Shown in pieces: positions 1-12,424 of a stretch of 64,000 bases of DNA; position 1 is the stretch's first letter; every line of letters starts with the position of its first letter. A program made the position numbers and the translations under genes. Source of the DNA: Lytechinus pictus (lineage: Eukaryota); NCBI RefSeq assembly GCF_037042905.1, contig NC_087251.1:44456001-44520000 (forward strand), read 5' to 3'. The notes beneath the pieces were generated by a model. That model saw only the letters and a list, made by a program, of their open reading frames with translations. It made no database searches and was not told where the DNA came from.

Positions 1-458
1 AAGGATATTCTAACTGGCAATTCCATACATTGAGTGAGTATCTTCCTTGTTCATAATATGAAGTAGTTTGATCTTGTTTTTTTCATTCAAGAAATTAAAT
101 GTTGAAGATTCTCAAATTTTAAATGAAGAGAGCATTCCAAAAGGATATTCTAATGGGCAATTCCATACATTAAGTATTTCTGACCCTGATGTATGGGACA
201 TTTCTCAAAATTTTCCTCTGTTTTGCAGTTTAATTGATAGATGGAAATCCTCTTAAGTAATCATTGCTTGAGTAGCTCACAAAGTAAAACCAAATAGAGT
301 AAAGAGAGGTTGGATGTACAAAATAGTTGATTATCTTACGAAACTGTACCAATATCAAAGTCTTGTAAAAAGTACTGTAAAAAAATCATAATATTCTTAT
401 CAAAATCCTACTAAACGAAGGCCCTAGCAAACCAAAACTAAGTTACATGATAGCTTAC

Positions 459-515
459 CATGGCTGAAGCAAGAAGGATTGTGTACAGACATGTTTTGTA
501 GGTTGTTCTTCCAGC
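459..515 (-). CDS. ANAPC1: ANAPC1 exon 37
   Basis: AGRTTYKTCLYTILLASAM; ttcag|...|gtaagc; phase 0-0. Confidence 0.9.
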
Positions 516-1399
516 CTGAAAATAAAAGAAGGGGGATGGCAAATGAAAATTTTGAAAAAATAATGAAAAGAATGCAAATGTTTTGAACTATTCAATACAT
601 TATGTTATATAAAATGGCCCAGGCCATCATAAAGAAATCATAATGTCATTGTGATGTCATCATGTTGTGATGCTACATTATATGGCTCATGCCATCATAA
701 TGAAATCATAATTTATGATGACAAAATCATTGTGAGATCAAATGTGATGTCATTGTGATTTAATTGTAATGTCACGATGTCTGTGCAAAATACGACCATT
801 GTGGGCCTTGAAGAGTACACATGAGCGTTGATTAGCATAACTTTTAAACTGTCATGTTTTTCTCCTTACCTTGACAGAAGAAGATTGAGCAAGGTGTGTT
901 TCTTTGAAAAAACAAAAACAAAACTTTATTTCTTTTTTAGATCTACAAGTGATGATACTGTGATCGGTAGAGTTAACTACTGTATATGAAATACGGAGAC
1001 ATGACATTTTGTGAAAATTGAACGCCATCAGTTTGGCAACAATTTGCTTCAAGATACATTGAATGTAGAAATTGTGAAAGTGCAAATTATAAGAATAGAT
1101 ACAATATATATATATATATTGAAATACTGTTTTAATGCCAATGTTTTAGCAGTGCTGATTATTTTCATTTACAGATGAATACTGCGCAATGGCTGTCCAA
1201 GTTTATTGGATACGAAATATATTGGATATACTGTTATCACTTTGACAATATTAGAGAAACACCATGAATTTTCTTGTCTTTACCTTTACTGACAAGACTG
1301 TGGAAAATATGAAGTATGTGGCAATTGTCAGTAAATATACTGATAATACCAAGCTACTCCATCAAATACAAACATGACTATCAAGAAAACATGCCAAAG

Positions 1400-1573
1400 C
1401 TCATAGATCCCCTTCAAAGATGGGCAAATACATGGCAGATGAGAAAAAATGCAGATAAATGTGGAGTCATTCTCTTTGGGAATCGCAACCTTCACCATAC
1501 ATATAGAATGGGCAACACCATGCTCGAAGAAAGCACAGAAGAAAAGAATCTAGGAGTGCTGATTCACAAATAA
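1400..1573 (+). mobile_element. CR1/L2-group LINE reverse transcriptase C-terminal fragment
   Basis: LQRWANTWQM..NADKC....G......YRMG...LEESTEEKNLGV matches the WQMxFNxxKC...EKDLGV motif. Confidence 0.75.
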
Positions 1574-1604
1574 CCTAAGATTATGTTTTTTTTTCTGTAG
1601 GTCA

Positions 1605-2095
1605 TTATGGATTGGAATATTTGTGTGATCTGTCAAGAAAAATACAAAAGAAAACCTGAATTGTCCACAAAAAGGATTTAGCCAAAGTGCCAGGAGTGCA
1701 TATTCATCATTCTCAGAGAATGTTGAGGAGTTCCGGCAGATGAATGCATTACCAGTCAAAGAAGAATAGGAGTCTGAAGGAACTGTAGAAACATTTGTGA
1801 CAAACAAAGCCTCTTGGCACCGTTTTTGCCATCAAAAATTTAATAATGACAAATTCAGCAGAAAATTGAAAGAAAGAGAGAGAAAAAACTAAAAAGCGGT
1901 AGATCTCTCCTGTGACACAAGACGACCTAAGCTCCAATAGTCGACATTGGACTGCAAGCGCATGTGCCTATTCTGCGAAAGAGAGGGCAATGCAAAATTG
2001 CATGAATTTGCTACATTTAGAAATGAACAGTCACTCCAGACAATGGCCAGTGACGTGCATGACAAAAGACTCTTATACAAATTATCTGGGAGCAA
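1605..2095 (+). mobile_element. Degenerate N-terminal fragment of an Academ(X)-like DNA transposon protein
   Basis: Frameshifted MDWNICVICQ..LNCP..NVEEFRQMNALP..NKASWHRFCHQKFNNDK..CLFC..LHEFATF..DKRLLYKLS; recalled as the N-terminus of the XPG/Cys8-type Academ protein. Confidence 0.55.
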
Positions 2096-3329
2096 TGTTT
2101 GAGTTTTCTCTCTTTATTCAAATCAACATATTGTTGGGGTGGACTTACCCACCCTTTAACTGAAATGTGAGTGAACATTATGTTCCTCCAAACAGATATC
2201 TTTAGCAGTCATGGCAGTATGTAGTTTTTACCATTTTCAAAATCTGACCTCTTAGGAACAAGTATTATGTTATCCTGCTATATATCCTCTACTCTACTTT
2301 GTCTTGCAGAGGGAATAGGGATGGACAATGGACAGAGGTCACTGGATACCTGTATGGATGACCATCCCTGAAGCAGCAAAAGCCTGTAAGGAGCTGATCA
2401 AATGTGGCTGCATGTCAGAAGCCGGTTGTGTTGGTCGCTGCTGACATTCAGATCCGTTTTTTTTCACTGTTCCTTCTGTCAGATTTTTGGGGGCATACCT
2501 TATTTTTAATACTTCTACATGTACAGGGTATGGGGAAGAAAAAAAATCATGCTTTTGTCCACCGTGTCCACATACAGACTCCACTTTACATGTATGTTTG
2601 AATATATAGTAAAATTTGATTTCTTGTCATCATTTTGGCAACACGGTGCATTTTATAATGTTGATGTTTTTTTTATTTGTTTTTTTTTAATTCACATTCA
2701 TCAGTTCATTGGCAGAGATTGAGCAATTACAAGAGGTATGTGAATACTAGGATACAAAACATGTTGTAATAAAATGATGAACTTCTTTTATTTTGTAGCA
2801 ACAAGTGTCGATTTTACTGTTTTTTGGGGTTTTTTCTTGTTTTTACTTTATCTTCACAAGTGGAGATTGAGCATTTTATTGTTGTTGTAATCGCCTGCTG
2901 GTTGCCCGTCCACATTGCTCTTACATTTCTGTATATCATTGTCACGTATGTGTATCTTGTGTACTATTGATTACAGCAACTGTTTTATTAGTGTATCGGG
3001 AAGCAGGCAGATCAAATTCAGTGTCAGGTATTAGCCTGTATTTTGTTGTAGTAATTCATTTTGTTTTGGGGGATCTCTGACCACTCTGTACACTGTAGCC
3101 ATTTTCACATACATGACATGTACATTGCTACTGAAGTTTGCCGTTTGGCCAAGCTTGCGATCCTGTGTTGAATACTTATTTGTTATTATGTTATTTTTCT
3201 ATTTTCTTGTCTTTACCTTTACTGACAAGACTGGAAAATATGAAGTATGTGGCATTTGTCAGTAAATATACTGATAATACCAAGCTACTCCACCAAATAC
3301 AAACATGATGATCGAGAAAACATGCCAAA

Positions 3330-3535
3330 AACTCAAATTGCGGATGATTTTGAACATGAAAATGATCAACAAATTCATCCAGCCAGACCATTTCAGAATG
3401 GAAACACTGGCATCTATTCTGCCGTCTCTACAGGCATCGGATTGGGCCGCCTCCTTAGACCTCAGGGACGCCTATTTCCACATACCAATTCATCCCGCTT
3501 CACGGGACCTGTTGGGTTTTCGCTTCAAGGAAGAT
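3330..3535 (+). mobile_element. DIRS-like (tyrosine recombinase retrotransposon) RT fragment
   Basis: RMILNMKMINKFI...HFRMETL...SLDLRDAYFHIPIHPASRDLLGF. Confidence 0.75.
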
Positions 3536-3536
3536 G

Positions 3537-4887
3537 GGAATGGGAATGGACAATGGACAGAGGTCACTAGATACCTGTATGGATGACCATCCCTGAAGCA
3601 GCAAAAGCCTGTAAGGAGTTGATCAAATGTGGCTGCATGTCAGAAGCTGGTTTTGTTGGTTGCTGCTGACATGGTGCCTTCTCCAGAGGGAATAGGGATG
3701 GACAATGGACAGAGGTCACTAGATACCTGTATGGATGACCAACCCTGAAGCAGAAAAAGCCTGCAAGGAGTTGATCAAATGTGGCTGCATGTCAGAAGCC
3801 GGTTGTGTTGGTCGCTGCTGACATGGTGCCTTCTCCAGAGGGAATAGGGATGGACAATGGACAGAGGTCACTGGGTACCTGTATGGATGACCAACCCTGA
3901 AGCAGCAAATGCCTGCAAGGAGTTGATCAAAGGTGGCTGCATGTCAGAAGCCGGTTGTGTTTATGGCTGCTGACATGGTGCCTTCTCCAGAGGGAATAGA
4001 GATGGACAATGGACAGATGTCACTGGGTACCTGTATGAATGACCAACCCTGAAGCAGCAAAAGCCTGCAAAGAGTAGATCAAAGGTGGCTGCATGTCAGA
4101 AGCCGGTTGTGTTTATGGCTGCTGACATGGTGCCTTCTCCAGAGGGAATAGAGATGGACAATGGACAGAGGTCACTGGGTACCTGTATGGATGACCAACC
4201 CTGAAGCAGCAAAAGCCTGCAAGGAGTTGATCAAAGGTGGCTGCATGTCAGAAGCCGGATGTGTTTATGGCTGCTGACATGGTGCCTTCTCCAGAGGGAA
4301 TAGAGATGGACAATGGACAGAGGTCACTGGGTACCTGTATGGATGACCATCCCTGAAGCAGCAAAAGCCTGCAAGGAGTTGATCAAAGGTGGCTGCATGT
4401 CAGAAGCCAGATGTGTTTATGGCTGCTGACATGGTGCCTTCTCCAGAGGGAATAGAGATGGACAATGGACAGAGGTCACTGGGTACCTGTATGGATGACC
4501 AACCCTGAAGCAGCAAAAGCCTGCAAGGAGTTGATCAAAGGTGGCTGCATGTCAGAAGCCGGATGTGTTTATGGCTGCTGACATGGTGCCTTCTCCAGAG
4601 GGAATAGAGATGGACAATGGACAGAGGTCACTGGGTACCTCTATGGATGACCAACCCTGAAGCAGCAAAAGCCTGCAAGGAGTTGATCAAAGGTGGCTGC
4701 ATGTCAGAAGCCGGTTGTGTTTATGGCTGCTGACATGGTGCCTTCTCCAGAGGGAATAGAGATGGACAATGGACTGAGGTCACTGGGTACCTGTATGAAT
4801 GACCATCCCTGAAGCAGCAAAAGCCCGTAAGGAGTGGATAAAATGTGGCTGCATGCCAGAATCCGGTTGTGTTGGTTGCTGCCGACA
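3537..4887 (+). repeat. 152-bp tandem array (~9 units) derived from a Cys-rich transposon C-terminus
   Basis: Unit starts ATGGTGCCTT at 3671, 3823, 3975, 4127, 4279, 4431, 4583, 4735; encodes GWTMDRGHWVPVWMTIPEAAKACKELIKCGCMSEAGCVGRC*; single copy also at ~2310-2447. Confidence 0.95.
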
Positions 4888-6175
4888 TTCAGATCCGATT
4901 TTTTTCACTGTTCCTTCTGTCAGACCTTATTTTTAATACTTCTACATGTACAAGGTATGGGGAAGAAAAAAAAAATCATGCTTTTGTCCACCGTGTCCAC
5001 ATACAGACTCCACTTTACATGTGTGTTTGAATATGAAGTAAAATTTGATTTATTGTCATCATTTTGGCAACATGGTGCATTTTATAATGTTGATGTTTCT
5101 TTTTACTTTTGTTTTTAATTCACCTTCATCAGTTCATTGGCAGAGATTGAGCAATCACAAGAGGTATGTGAATACTAGGATACAAAACATGTTGTAATAA
5201 ACTGATGCCTTCTTTTCATAATTGTAGCAAAAAGGGTCAATTTTTATGTTTGTTTTGTTTTTACTTTATCTTCACAAGTGGAGATTGAGCATTTTATTGT
5301 GGTTGAGAGCACCTGCTGGTGGCCCATCCACATTGCTCTTCCATTCCTGTATATCATTGTCACGTATGTGTATCTTGTGTACCGGTACTATTGTGTATCT
5401 TGTGTACTATTGCTTTTCTTTTACATGAATGTATAAATCATATTTATGTGTTGTATGTTCTGCTATATTTAGGCATATATATATGTTATTTTACATTGTA
5501 TTTAAATTATTTTCATATGGTTAATAAAAATTAATTGAATTGAATTAGCAACAGTTTTAATAGTGTATCAGGAAGCAGGCAGATCAAATTCAGTGTCAGG
5601 TATTAGCCTGTATTTTGTTGTAGTAATTCATTTTGTTTTGGGGGATCTCTGACCACTCTGTACACTGTATAAAAACAATAAACTTAAAAACACCCAAAAC
5701 AGACTTTGCAAGAAATAGCAGCCTATATCTTGCCAATACTTGATTTTAATTCATTGACAGAACGTATTCGCACTTTACCAAATCTAAATTTATTTGAACC
5801 TGAAATTGAAAAATCCTGAAATCTTGATTATCCTTTTTTTTACCATACTTTTTTTAGTTTTGTTACAATTGTGTTTTTCTGTTTTTATTTTGTTTTTGTT
5901 TTGTTTCATCTCCCTCTTTGGTTTTTGTATATAGGTTTTTATTTTACTTAGTTTACTTTATGATTTTTGTTATTCTTTTTATTGTTTGTATATTGCAAGG
6001 CATCTCTGAAAACCAGCCATTGGCTGATCGAAGGCTTTTTACCGTGTTTAAATAAAATAAAATAAATCACACTGTAGCCATTTTCACATACATGTCATGT
6101 ACACTGCTACTGAAGTTTGCTGTTTGGTCAAGCTCACGATCCTTTGTTGAATACTTATTTGTTATTATGTTATTC
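4750..6175 (+). repeat. Local duplicate of 2309-3195
   Basis: Colinear high similarity, with extra segments at ~5410-5547 and 5670-6068. Confidence 0.9.
5670..6068 (+). mobile_element. 5'-truncated retroposon (LINE 3' end) with 8-bp TSD ACACTGTA
   Basis: (AAAAT)n tail; TSD on both sides; empty site in the paralogous copy at 3090-3097. Confidence 0.75.
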
Positions 6176-6488
6176 TGTGAAGCAACTCTATTGTTACCTT
6201 GTATATATTAATGGATCAATGCACATTAAGCTTATTTAAAGTTTTGAATTCTAGTCATGTATAAAACTGCACGCTACATATAACATGAATTGTGTGTTTG
6301 ATTATGTTTTGAGGAGAAATTTGGGATAAAGACATTCTCGAAAGAAAAAACAAACAAACAAACTTAGAAATGCTAATAAAATTGAGAAGAGATGTGAAGA
6401 TAATACTTCTGAGTTCGAAATGGTTTCATTTACAGCCCACAGTTTCATAAAATCAAGGCACGATGATTTTATCAAGCATCATACTCAC

Positions 6489-6542
6489 AACATCCACAAG
6501 GGACTGAGAAGCTCTGTTCATTAGTTTCTTCAAATAAGAGAG
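6489..6542 (-). CDS. ANAPC1: ANAPC1 exon 36
   Basis: LSYLKKLMNRASQSLVDV; ttccag|...|gtgagt; 18 codons, matching the gap expected from vertebrate APC1; phase 0-0. Confidence 0.82.
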
Positions 6543-7253
6543 CTGGAAAAAAAAACAGAGAGAGAAAAATATATATATTTTTGAGGAGGATGGGTGTTGA
6601 GAGACTACACTGTATTTGGCAATATCAAAATCTTAGAAAATCCTCCAAGATAATTTCTTGCAAACACAGATAAAATCAAAATGTGAAAATCACTGTGATA
6701 AAATTTTCTCAAAATGGAAGACAATCAAGCAACTGTTTCAATAATAATTTTCTTGATATCAACATAATAAAAGTCAGTATATCCACTCTGTATAACAGAC
6801 TGCTCACAGGTGACACAAAAATGGTCTCTAAAAGAAAATGATCATTATGGACATGTTGTATGTACATTACATTTAAAGAATCACATTAAAGGGGGGGGGG
6901 TTCTTCTTTTTATTTGGCAACCAGTCAATTTCACTATTTTTGCCATCATAAATATTATATTATTAACGTTTGTTTTCTTTGAAAAAAAAAGTAAATGAAT
7001 AAAGTAAGATTCAAATATTTTTTTATTTTTTATTTTCTATGTCTTTTTTTAATAGGATATCTACTAGGATTTAAAGTCGAGTAGGTGTGTCTCACAATTT
7101 AAAACCTAGGATGGAGATGACAGAGAAAGAAATGAGGAAAATCACAGCTCCAATCCTACACCCGTACCGGAGTACGGGATACGTCTGTCCTGTTGATGTG
7201 AAAATCAAGGTCAGTGAAGTCTCTAAAGAAATAGTATGAAGTAGTCTACTCAC

Positions 7254-7344
7254 CAGACACTCATAAGCACATTTGTTGGCAGTACCAGCAAACCGAAGTC
7301 CCAATACAAAGCAAGCCCCTGCTCCTATATTACAGATAGCTTGG
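7254..7344 (-). CDS. ANAPC1: ANAPC1 exon 35
   Basis: QAICNIGAGACFVLGLRFAGTANKCAYECL; phase 2-0. Confidence 0.95.
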
Positions 7345-7544
7345 CTGTAAACAAATTAGTTAAATGGTGGTTTACTTTCATATAGCCACATATGCATTTT
7401 CAACATTTCGTGAAATAAGTCAAGTCCATTCACTTTCATTTGTTTAGTCAATGGTAGTAACATCTTTCTCCACAATTAAAGCATGAGAAAAGAAAAAAGT
7501 AAATATAAGGAAACGGAGGTTTGACATTTTCAGCCTGCCATAAT

Positions 7545-8066
7545 TTTAGCAGAGAGTTAATCACGGCCTAAATGGACTTCAGAATATGGTCTAAAGTTTT
7601 AGCCCATGTGGTATTAGACTTTATGAGAGATAGACCAACTGCTTGTAGATCAAGTGAGTATAATGTACAAATAATGCACGTAAGCGCGTGCATGCAGGGC
7701 CAAATAATGAACGATGAGCGAGAAGAGCCAATGGATATACCGCACCGAGGTCCGCAGGACCGAGTGCAGTATATCCATTTGGCGAGTCGGGCACAGAGTT
7801 CATTATTTGAGTCCTCGATGCACAAGAATGCGTGCATTGTTTGTTTTATGCAACCCTCTCCCTCCCTCATGTTACTGAGTTGCCCCGAATGCTGTATTAG
7901 ATCTAAATTCTAGATGATTCGAGATAATTCCAGACCTCGCACTATCCTGCACTCTGACGTCAGAGTGCAGGATAGTGCATTTTGGATGCCATAGTGCAAT
8001 TCGCTGAATATCATGTGATCCAATTTGGACCAATCAGATTACAGAACATTCTTGGGAGTTGTATAA
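7545..8066 (-). mobile_element. Non-autonomous element with 40-bp perfect palindrome, possibly Crypton-like
   Basis: CpG-rich; palindrome at 7939-7978; minus end TTATACAAC...CTGATTGG; left boundary uncertain. Confidence 0.4.
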
Positions 8067-8080
8067 ACCAATATATTTAC

Positions 8081-8157
8081 CTCAATGTCTGATATTCTAT
8101 TCCCTCCTCGCCACTGCTCTCCTCTAAGTTTGCCTTGAAAGCATACTTCTTCACAAT
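8081..8157 (-). CDS. ANAPC1: ANAPC1 exon 34
   Basis: IVKKYAFKANLEESSGEEGIEYQTL; phase 0-2. Confidence 0.88.
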
Positions 8158-8340
8158 CTAGAAATTTCATGGAAATGCAGGACGGGATCAAATTATAAAT
8201 TAATTGTATATCATGTATTCACAATAACATGCCTGCAGCAGTAAACGAATTGGGTTTACATAGATCTACTCTGTTTTCCAATGATTCTTAATTTTAAGGT
8301 TTGCTATGGTAGGGAAAAGCAGTTTATTAAAAATTATTAA

Positions 8341-8941
8341 AGGTCAAGTCCACCCCAGAAAAATTTTGATTTGAATTTATAGAGAAAAATCAAATTAGTA
8401 TAACGCTGAAAATTTCATCAAAATCGGATGTAAAATAAGAAAGTTATGACATTTTAAAGTTTCGCTTATTTTTCACAAAACAGTGATATGCACAACTCAG
8501 TGACATGCAAATGGGACATTCGATGATGTCCCTCACTCACTATTTCTTTTGTTTTTTATTGTTTGAATTATACAATATTTCATTTTTACAGATGTGACAA
8601 TAAGGAGCAACTTGAATGAACCATATAGTATTGAACAATGCTAATTCCACATGTTCAGGAGGAATTGATCGTTGTCTCACTTGACAATGTGGAGAAAATT
8701 AGAATATTTCACATTTCATATAATAAAATACAAAAGAAATAGTGAGTGGATGACGTCATCAGTCTCCTCATTTGCATACTGATCAGGATGTGTATATATC
8801 TGTTTTGTGAAATTAAGCGAAACTTTAAAATGTCATAACTTTCTTATTTTACATCAGATTTTGATGAAATTTTCAGTATTATGCTTGTGGGATTTTTCTC
8901 TTTTTACTCAAATCAACTTTTTGTTGGGGTGGACTTGTCCT
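8341..8941. mobile_element. Kolobok-like MITE
   Basis: TTAA|AGG...CCT|TTAA with long imperfect TIRs; related copies at 25623-25782, 31948-32541, 61130-61372, 2100-2160. Confidence 0.85.
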
Positions 8942-9390
8942 TTAAGGATCAGTATTATTTGCATTATCAAGCATAAAGTATAAATGCTGGAAATAATTCA
9001 TGTACGTAGTACATAGGAATCAGGCAGGAATGTACCATCATCAATAATGCTTTTGCATCTGGAATATGACCAGGGTAATAATTATCATCATTATCATCAT
9101 TATTATAATTATTATCATGATTATCAATATTGTTATCAATAGTTATGGACTAAACCTCGTCTGCATTCAGATAAACCCGTAGGTAACTCTGAAAAAATTT
9201 CACACAATGAAGATCAGAAAAAAACAAAGATAGGTTGATATTGAAAAGCCACTTATTCTGTACATATTACGATGGTCTAACGGGGTGTTGTGAGCCAATA
9301 TTTGCAATCAATTATAAATTTCTGTTGTAAATTTATATTTTTTAACATTAGCAAATAAATTTGAACTTCTCGATTAAAAAAGCAGACTAG

Positions 9391-9768
9391 CAATTTGGTG
9401 GATTCACAATATGGTGCGCCATCTATCGGTTAGCAGCGGACAGGCCAATTTGTAACTTTGGGGTCGACATTGCGTGCAAGCGCAGGCAGCACACAGTGCT
9501 AGCGCTTCAAAAATGAAAATCATATGGCAAGAATTCACCCAAAACGGTCTGAATTTCGCAAAGAAATACGCGGGCGAATTTCCCTCCTACCTCCTGGACC
9601 CTAATAAACAGCATATCCGGTCGAGCCGTGTCAGCAAGCGCTGAATAATCGCATGCACGCATTCACTTTAGTACTAGCACGCTCACTTCTTCCCATGATG
9701 CATTGCAAATTTCGACCTGTCCGCTGCAACCGATAGATGGCGCTCCATATTGTGAATCCACCGAATTG
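9391..9768. mobile_element. MITE with ~55-bp TIRs nested in an older palindromic repeat
   Basis: CAATT(T/C)GGTGGATTCACAATATGG..CGCCATCTATCGGTT inverted at both ends. Confidence 0.85.
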
Positions 9769-9880
9769 AGTGCAAATGTGCAACTGACTGAAGGCTTATA
9801 ATTGATTACAGGATTCAAACCTTAACTTGCAATTGACGGTAATTTTTGTGCAACCCTTATTAGAATCCAGAGATACTTAC

Positions 9881-9955
9881 AGGAGGAATATTACTATCAA
9901 CCCATTCACAGGTTGGTCTGATGTCATCCCATAAAACCAGTCCTCTACTGATGGC
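9881..9955 (-). CDS. ANAPC1: ANAPC1 exon 33
   Basis: AISRGLVLWDDIRPTCEWVDSNIPP; phase 0-0. Confidence 0.95.
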
Positions 9956-10617
9956 CTACAAGAAAAAAAGAAAATAATAATTTGAGAGAAAACAAGATTA
10001 ATCTTTTACCCTTCCATCATTATCTCCTTCTTTTTTTCTCTTTTCCTTTCTTCTTTTCTTTTTCCTTTCTTTTCCAATTAAGCTCATCCTTTCTTCAGCC
10101 TTTTCTTTCTTTCTTGCTTCCTTCCTCCTCTTCTTCATTTCTTTCTCATTCTCTCTCCCTCCTTTTTTTCTCATCCCCCTCCCCTGCTTTCTCTTTCTGC
10201 ATATTATTATCCTCCATGTCCTCTTTTCTTTTTTCCTCTCCTACTTTCTTCTCCACCTCCCTCTCCTTCCCTTTTCCTCTTCCTTCAGTTCCTCCCCCTC
10301 CTCTCCTATCCCTTACCCATCAGTGGCTGGGTATCAGGGGCAGCTGGTGCCAAACAAAGAGCTCGGGGAAGGGGGGGTGGTGAAGGGGGTATAAAGGACA
10401 GCTAGCCAATAAGCAACTACTTCAAGGAGAGGGGAGGGGGGTGTTGCAATAATTTACAGAGAAGCAAGAAATCGTTTTTGACCATGTCTGGCAATGACGG
10501 AGATAGAGTACAAGGGGCTGTTAACCAATTAGCCACAGCCCTAATGGGGAGGAAAGAGAGAGAGAGAGGGGGGGGGGGTGTAATGAGGATGGGGGGAGGG
10601 TTTAGAGATAATCATAC

Positions 10618-10696
10618 CCTGAGAAGCAAGAAGTCTGGTTTGACCATGTCTAACAGTGACTGGGTATCGGGGGCAGCTAGCCAATCAGCAACAGCT
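10618..10696 (-). CDS. ANAPC1: ANAPC1 exon 32
   Basis: AVADWLAAPDTQSLLDMVKPDFLLLR; phase 2-0. Confidence 0.95.
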
Positions 10697-11598
10697 CTGT
10701 AAACAGATGAAAATAACGACAAAAAATCATACGAATATTATATAATAGTCCTCAGCTAAATATCCAACAAAACTATGAACCTTATTACTTCCTGAATGAT
10801 GCACAATGTATCTAATACTACACCAGATAATAAGTCACCATTCTGTTCTTGTTTCTATCCGGTCAGGTGAAGTAAATGTGTTACAAGTATGAGGCGATAT
10901 CTTGAATTATTTGTAACCATACCCTCTAATCATGGTGACACAGCTAAGGCTTCACTTAATATTATTAACCATATCAGGCATCTGAGCAGGGCAATTTCAA
11001 TACATAATTGCTTGCTTATGACTGTGATCAAACGGTCGGTCAATAAGTTTACAATTGTTTATCCACGGACCCAATTTATTGCCCGCCCAGGAAAGTCAAT
11101 GAGAAAAATGCGTAATTTCACTTCAAATTTTCTTCTTTTTTTGTAGATGTCATCTTTGTAATCTAATTTGAAGGTTTCCACAAAGAAAAATTGCAAAAGC
11201 CAATTTTTTCCTTATGTATGTCTTTGTTTTTTCATCTTTTGTTTTTCATTGTTTTTTTCAATGGAAATTATTAGACAATTTAACAACTAAATAAAACACT
11301 AAATTAATTAAGCAGACCAATTAGAACTAAAAATAATCACCCTATTATGAATTTCATCTCCCATAGACTTTGTACACAAAGTATAAGAATGAGCCATTTT
11401 CGGCATGACCTTGTCTCATAAAAAGTCACGTGACGTCGCGATGCTAAACCCGTATGTCGCGAATTTGGTCTCAAAACTTGCGCGAGACTTCACAGAAAAA
11501 AGTCATAAAATTCTGCGGCGCTATCTTTTTGCGTTTCAGAAATATCGTGTGGAGCGTCGAGGGTCCTTTTAGGGTTTAGTGACCAGATTTAAACTAAC

Positions 11599-11726
11599 CT
11601 ATTGCCTGTTTGTAGGAACATAAGACCCAGGGCAAGGGTCGCTCCGGGTGAGGTCACGTCAAGATTGACCTGATCCCCCTCTCGTATCTGATAACATGGT
11701 GATTTCTTCTCTCTGTTGTGGCCACT
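11599..11726 (-). CDS. ANAPC1: ANAPC1 exon 31
   Basis: SGHNREKKSPCYQIREGDQVNLDVTSPGATLALGLMFLQTGN; phase 0-2. Confidence 0.95.
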
Positions 11727-12424
11727 CTGTAGGCAAGGAAGACAAGAAAGGAAAGAAATAAAATCAACTCTGGCGATCTGGGTCCCGTCTTACAAGGCAG
11801 TGCGATTGATTTGATCAATCGCGGCAATAGAAAGCCAGCAACGTCAACATCTAAAATGCATGTTTGTTTCAAAATATTTTCTAGATGTGATGTATATTCA
11901 TACATTCATTGTTTTCTTCAAACTTCAGAGTGCTTCTCTTTGTTTACAAAGGCCATTGTGCAAAATTCTAATAAACAAATTATTTGCATACAGCTGAGTT
12001 GATTGGATCAATCATAACTCTTTGCAAAACAAGGCCCTGGTGTCAGTTTCATAACAGACTTATCATGGCAATAGGGCTAAGCAGCCAATCACAATCAAGG
12101 TTTCTATGTTAGTTACAATAGTAGCAAAGTTACTATGATTATAAACCTTTATGAAACAGGCCCCTGTCCTGCTTGATACAATTATCTTTCAAGCAAGATG
12201 AGAAATGACAAAGTTCAATGTCATGTAATGGTATACTGTAGTTGCATACTCTTATCAAAGTTAACTTTATTATTTTACATAACAAGTACAGCTAGATGAA
12301 AGAATATGGGGCACGAATTAGGCATGGTTACAACAATATTTTCCTTTTTAAGATAAATAGATAAATGATATTCTAAGAATATGGCAAGTAATCCTTAATT
12401 TGTACTATTTCATATTTCCTCATG

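Noticed and set aside
1..175. ~30-bp direct repeat AAGGATATTCTAA..GGCAATTCCATACATT at 1 and 141
   Set aside because: Truncated by the window edge; probably part of an ordinary repeat
870..901. 32-nt exon-like segment on the minus strand (caaag|...AAG|gtaagg)
   Set aside because: Would shift the frame, and exon 6489-6542 already fills the expected gap; at most a cryptic exon
3537..4887. CRISPR-like array or repeat protein
   Set aside because: No unique spacers, eukaryotic context, unit length not a multiple of 3, and each unit contains a stop
9982..10383. 133-aa hydrophobic ORF, and similar ORFs at 13668-14252
   Set aside because: Pyrimidine/purine low-complexity intron sequence
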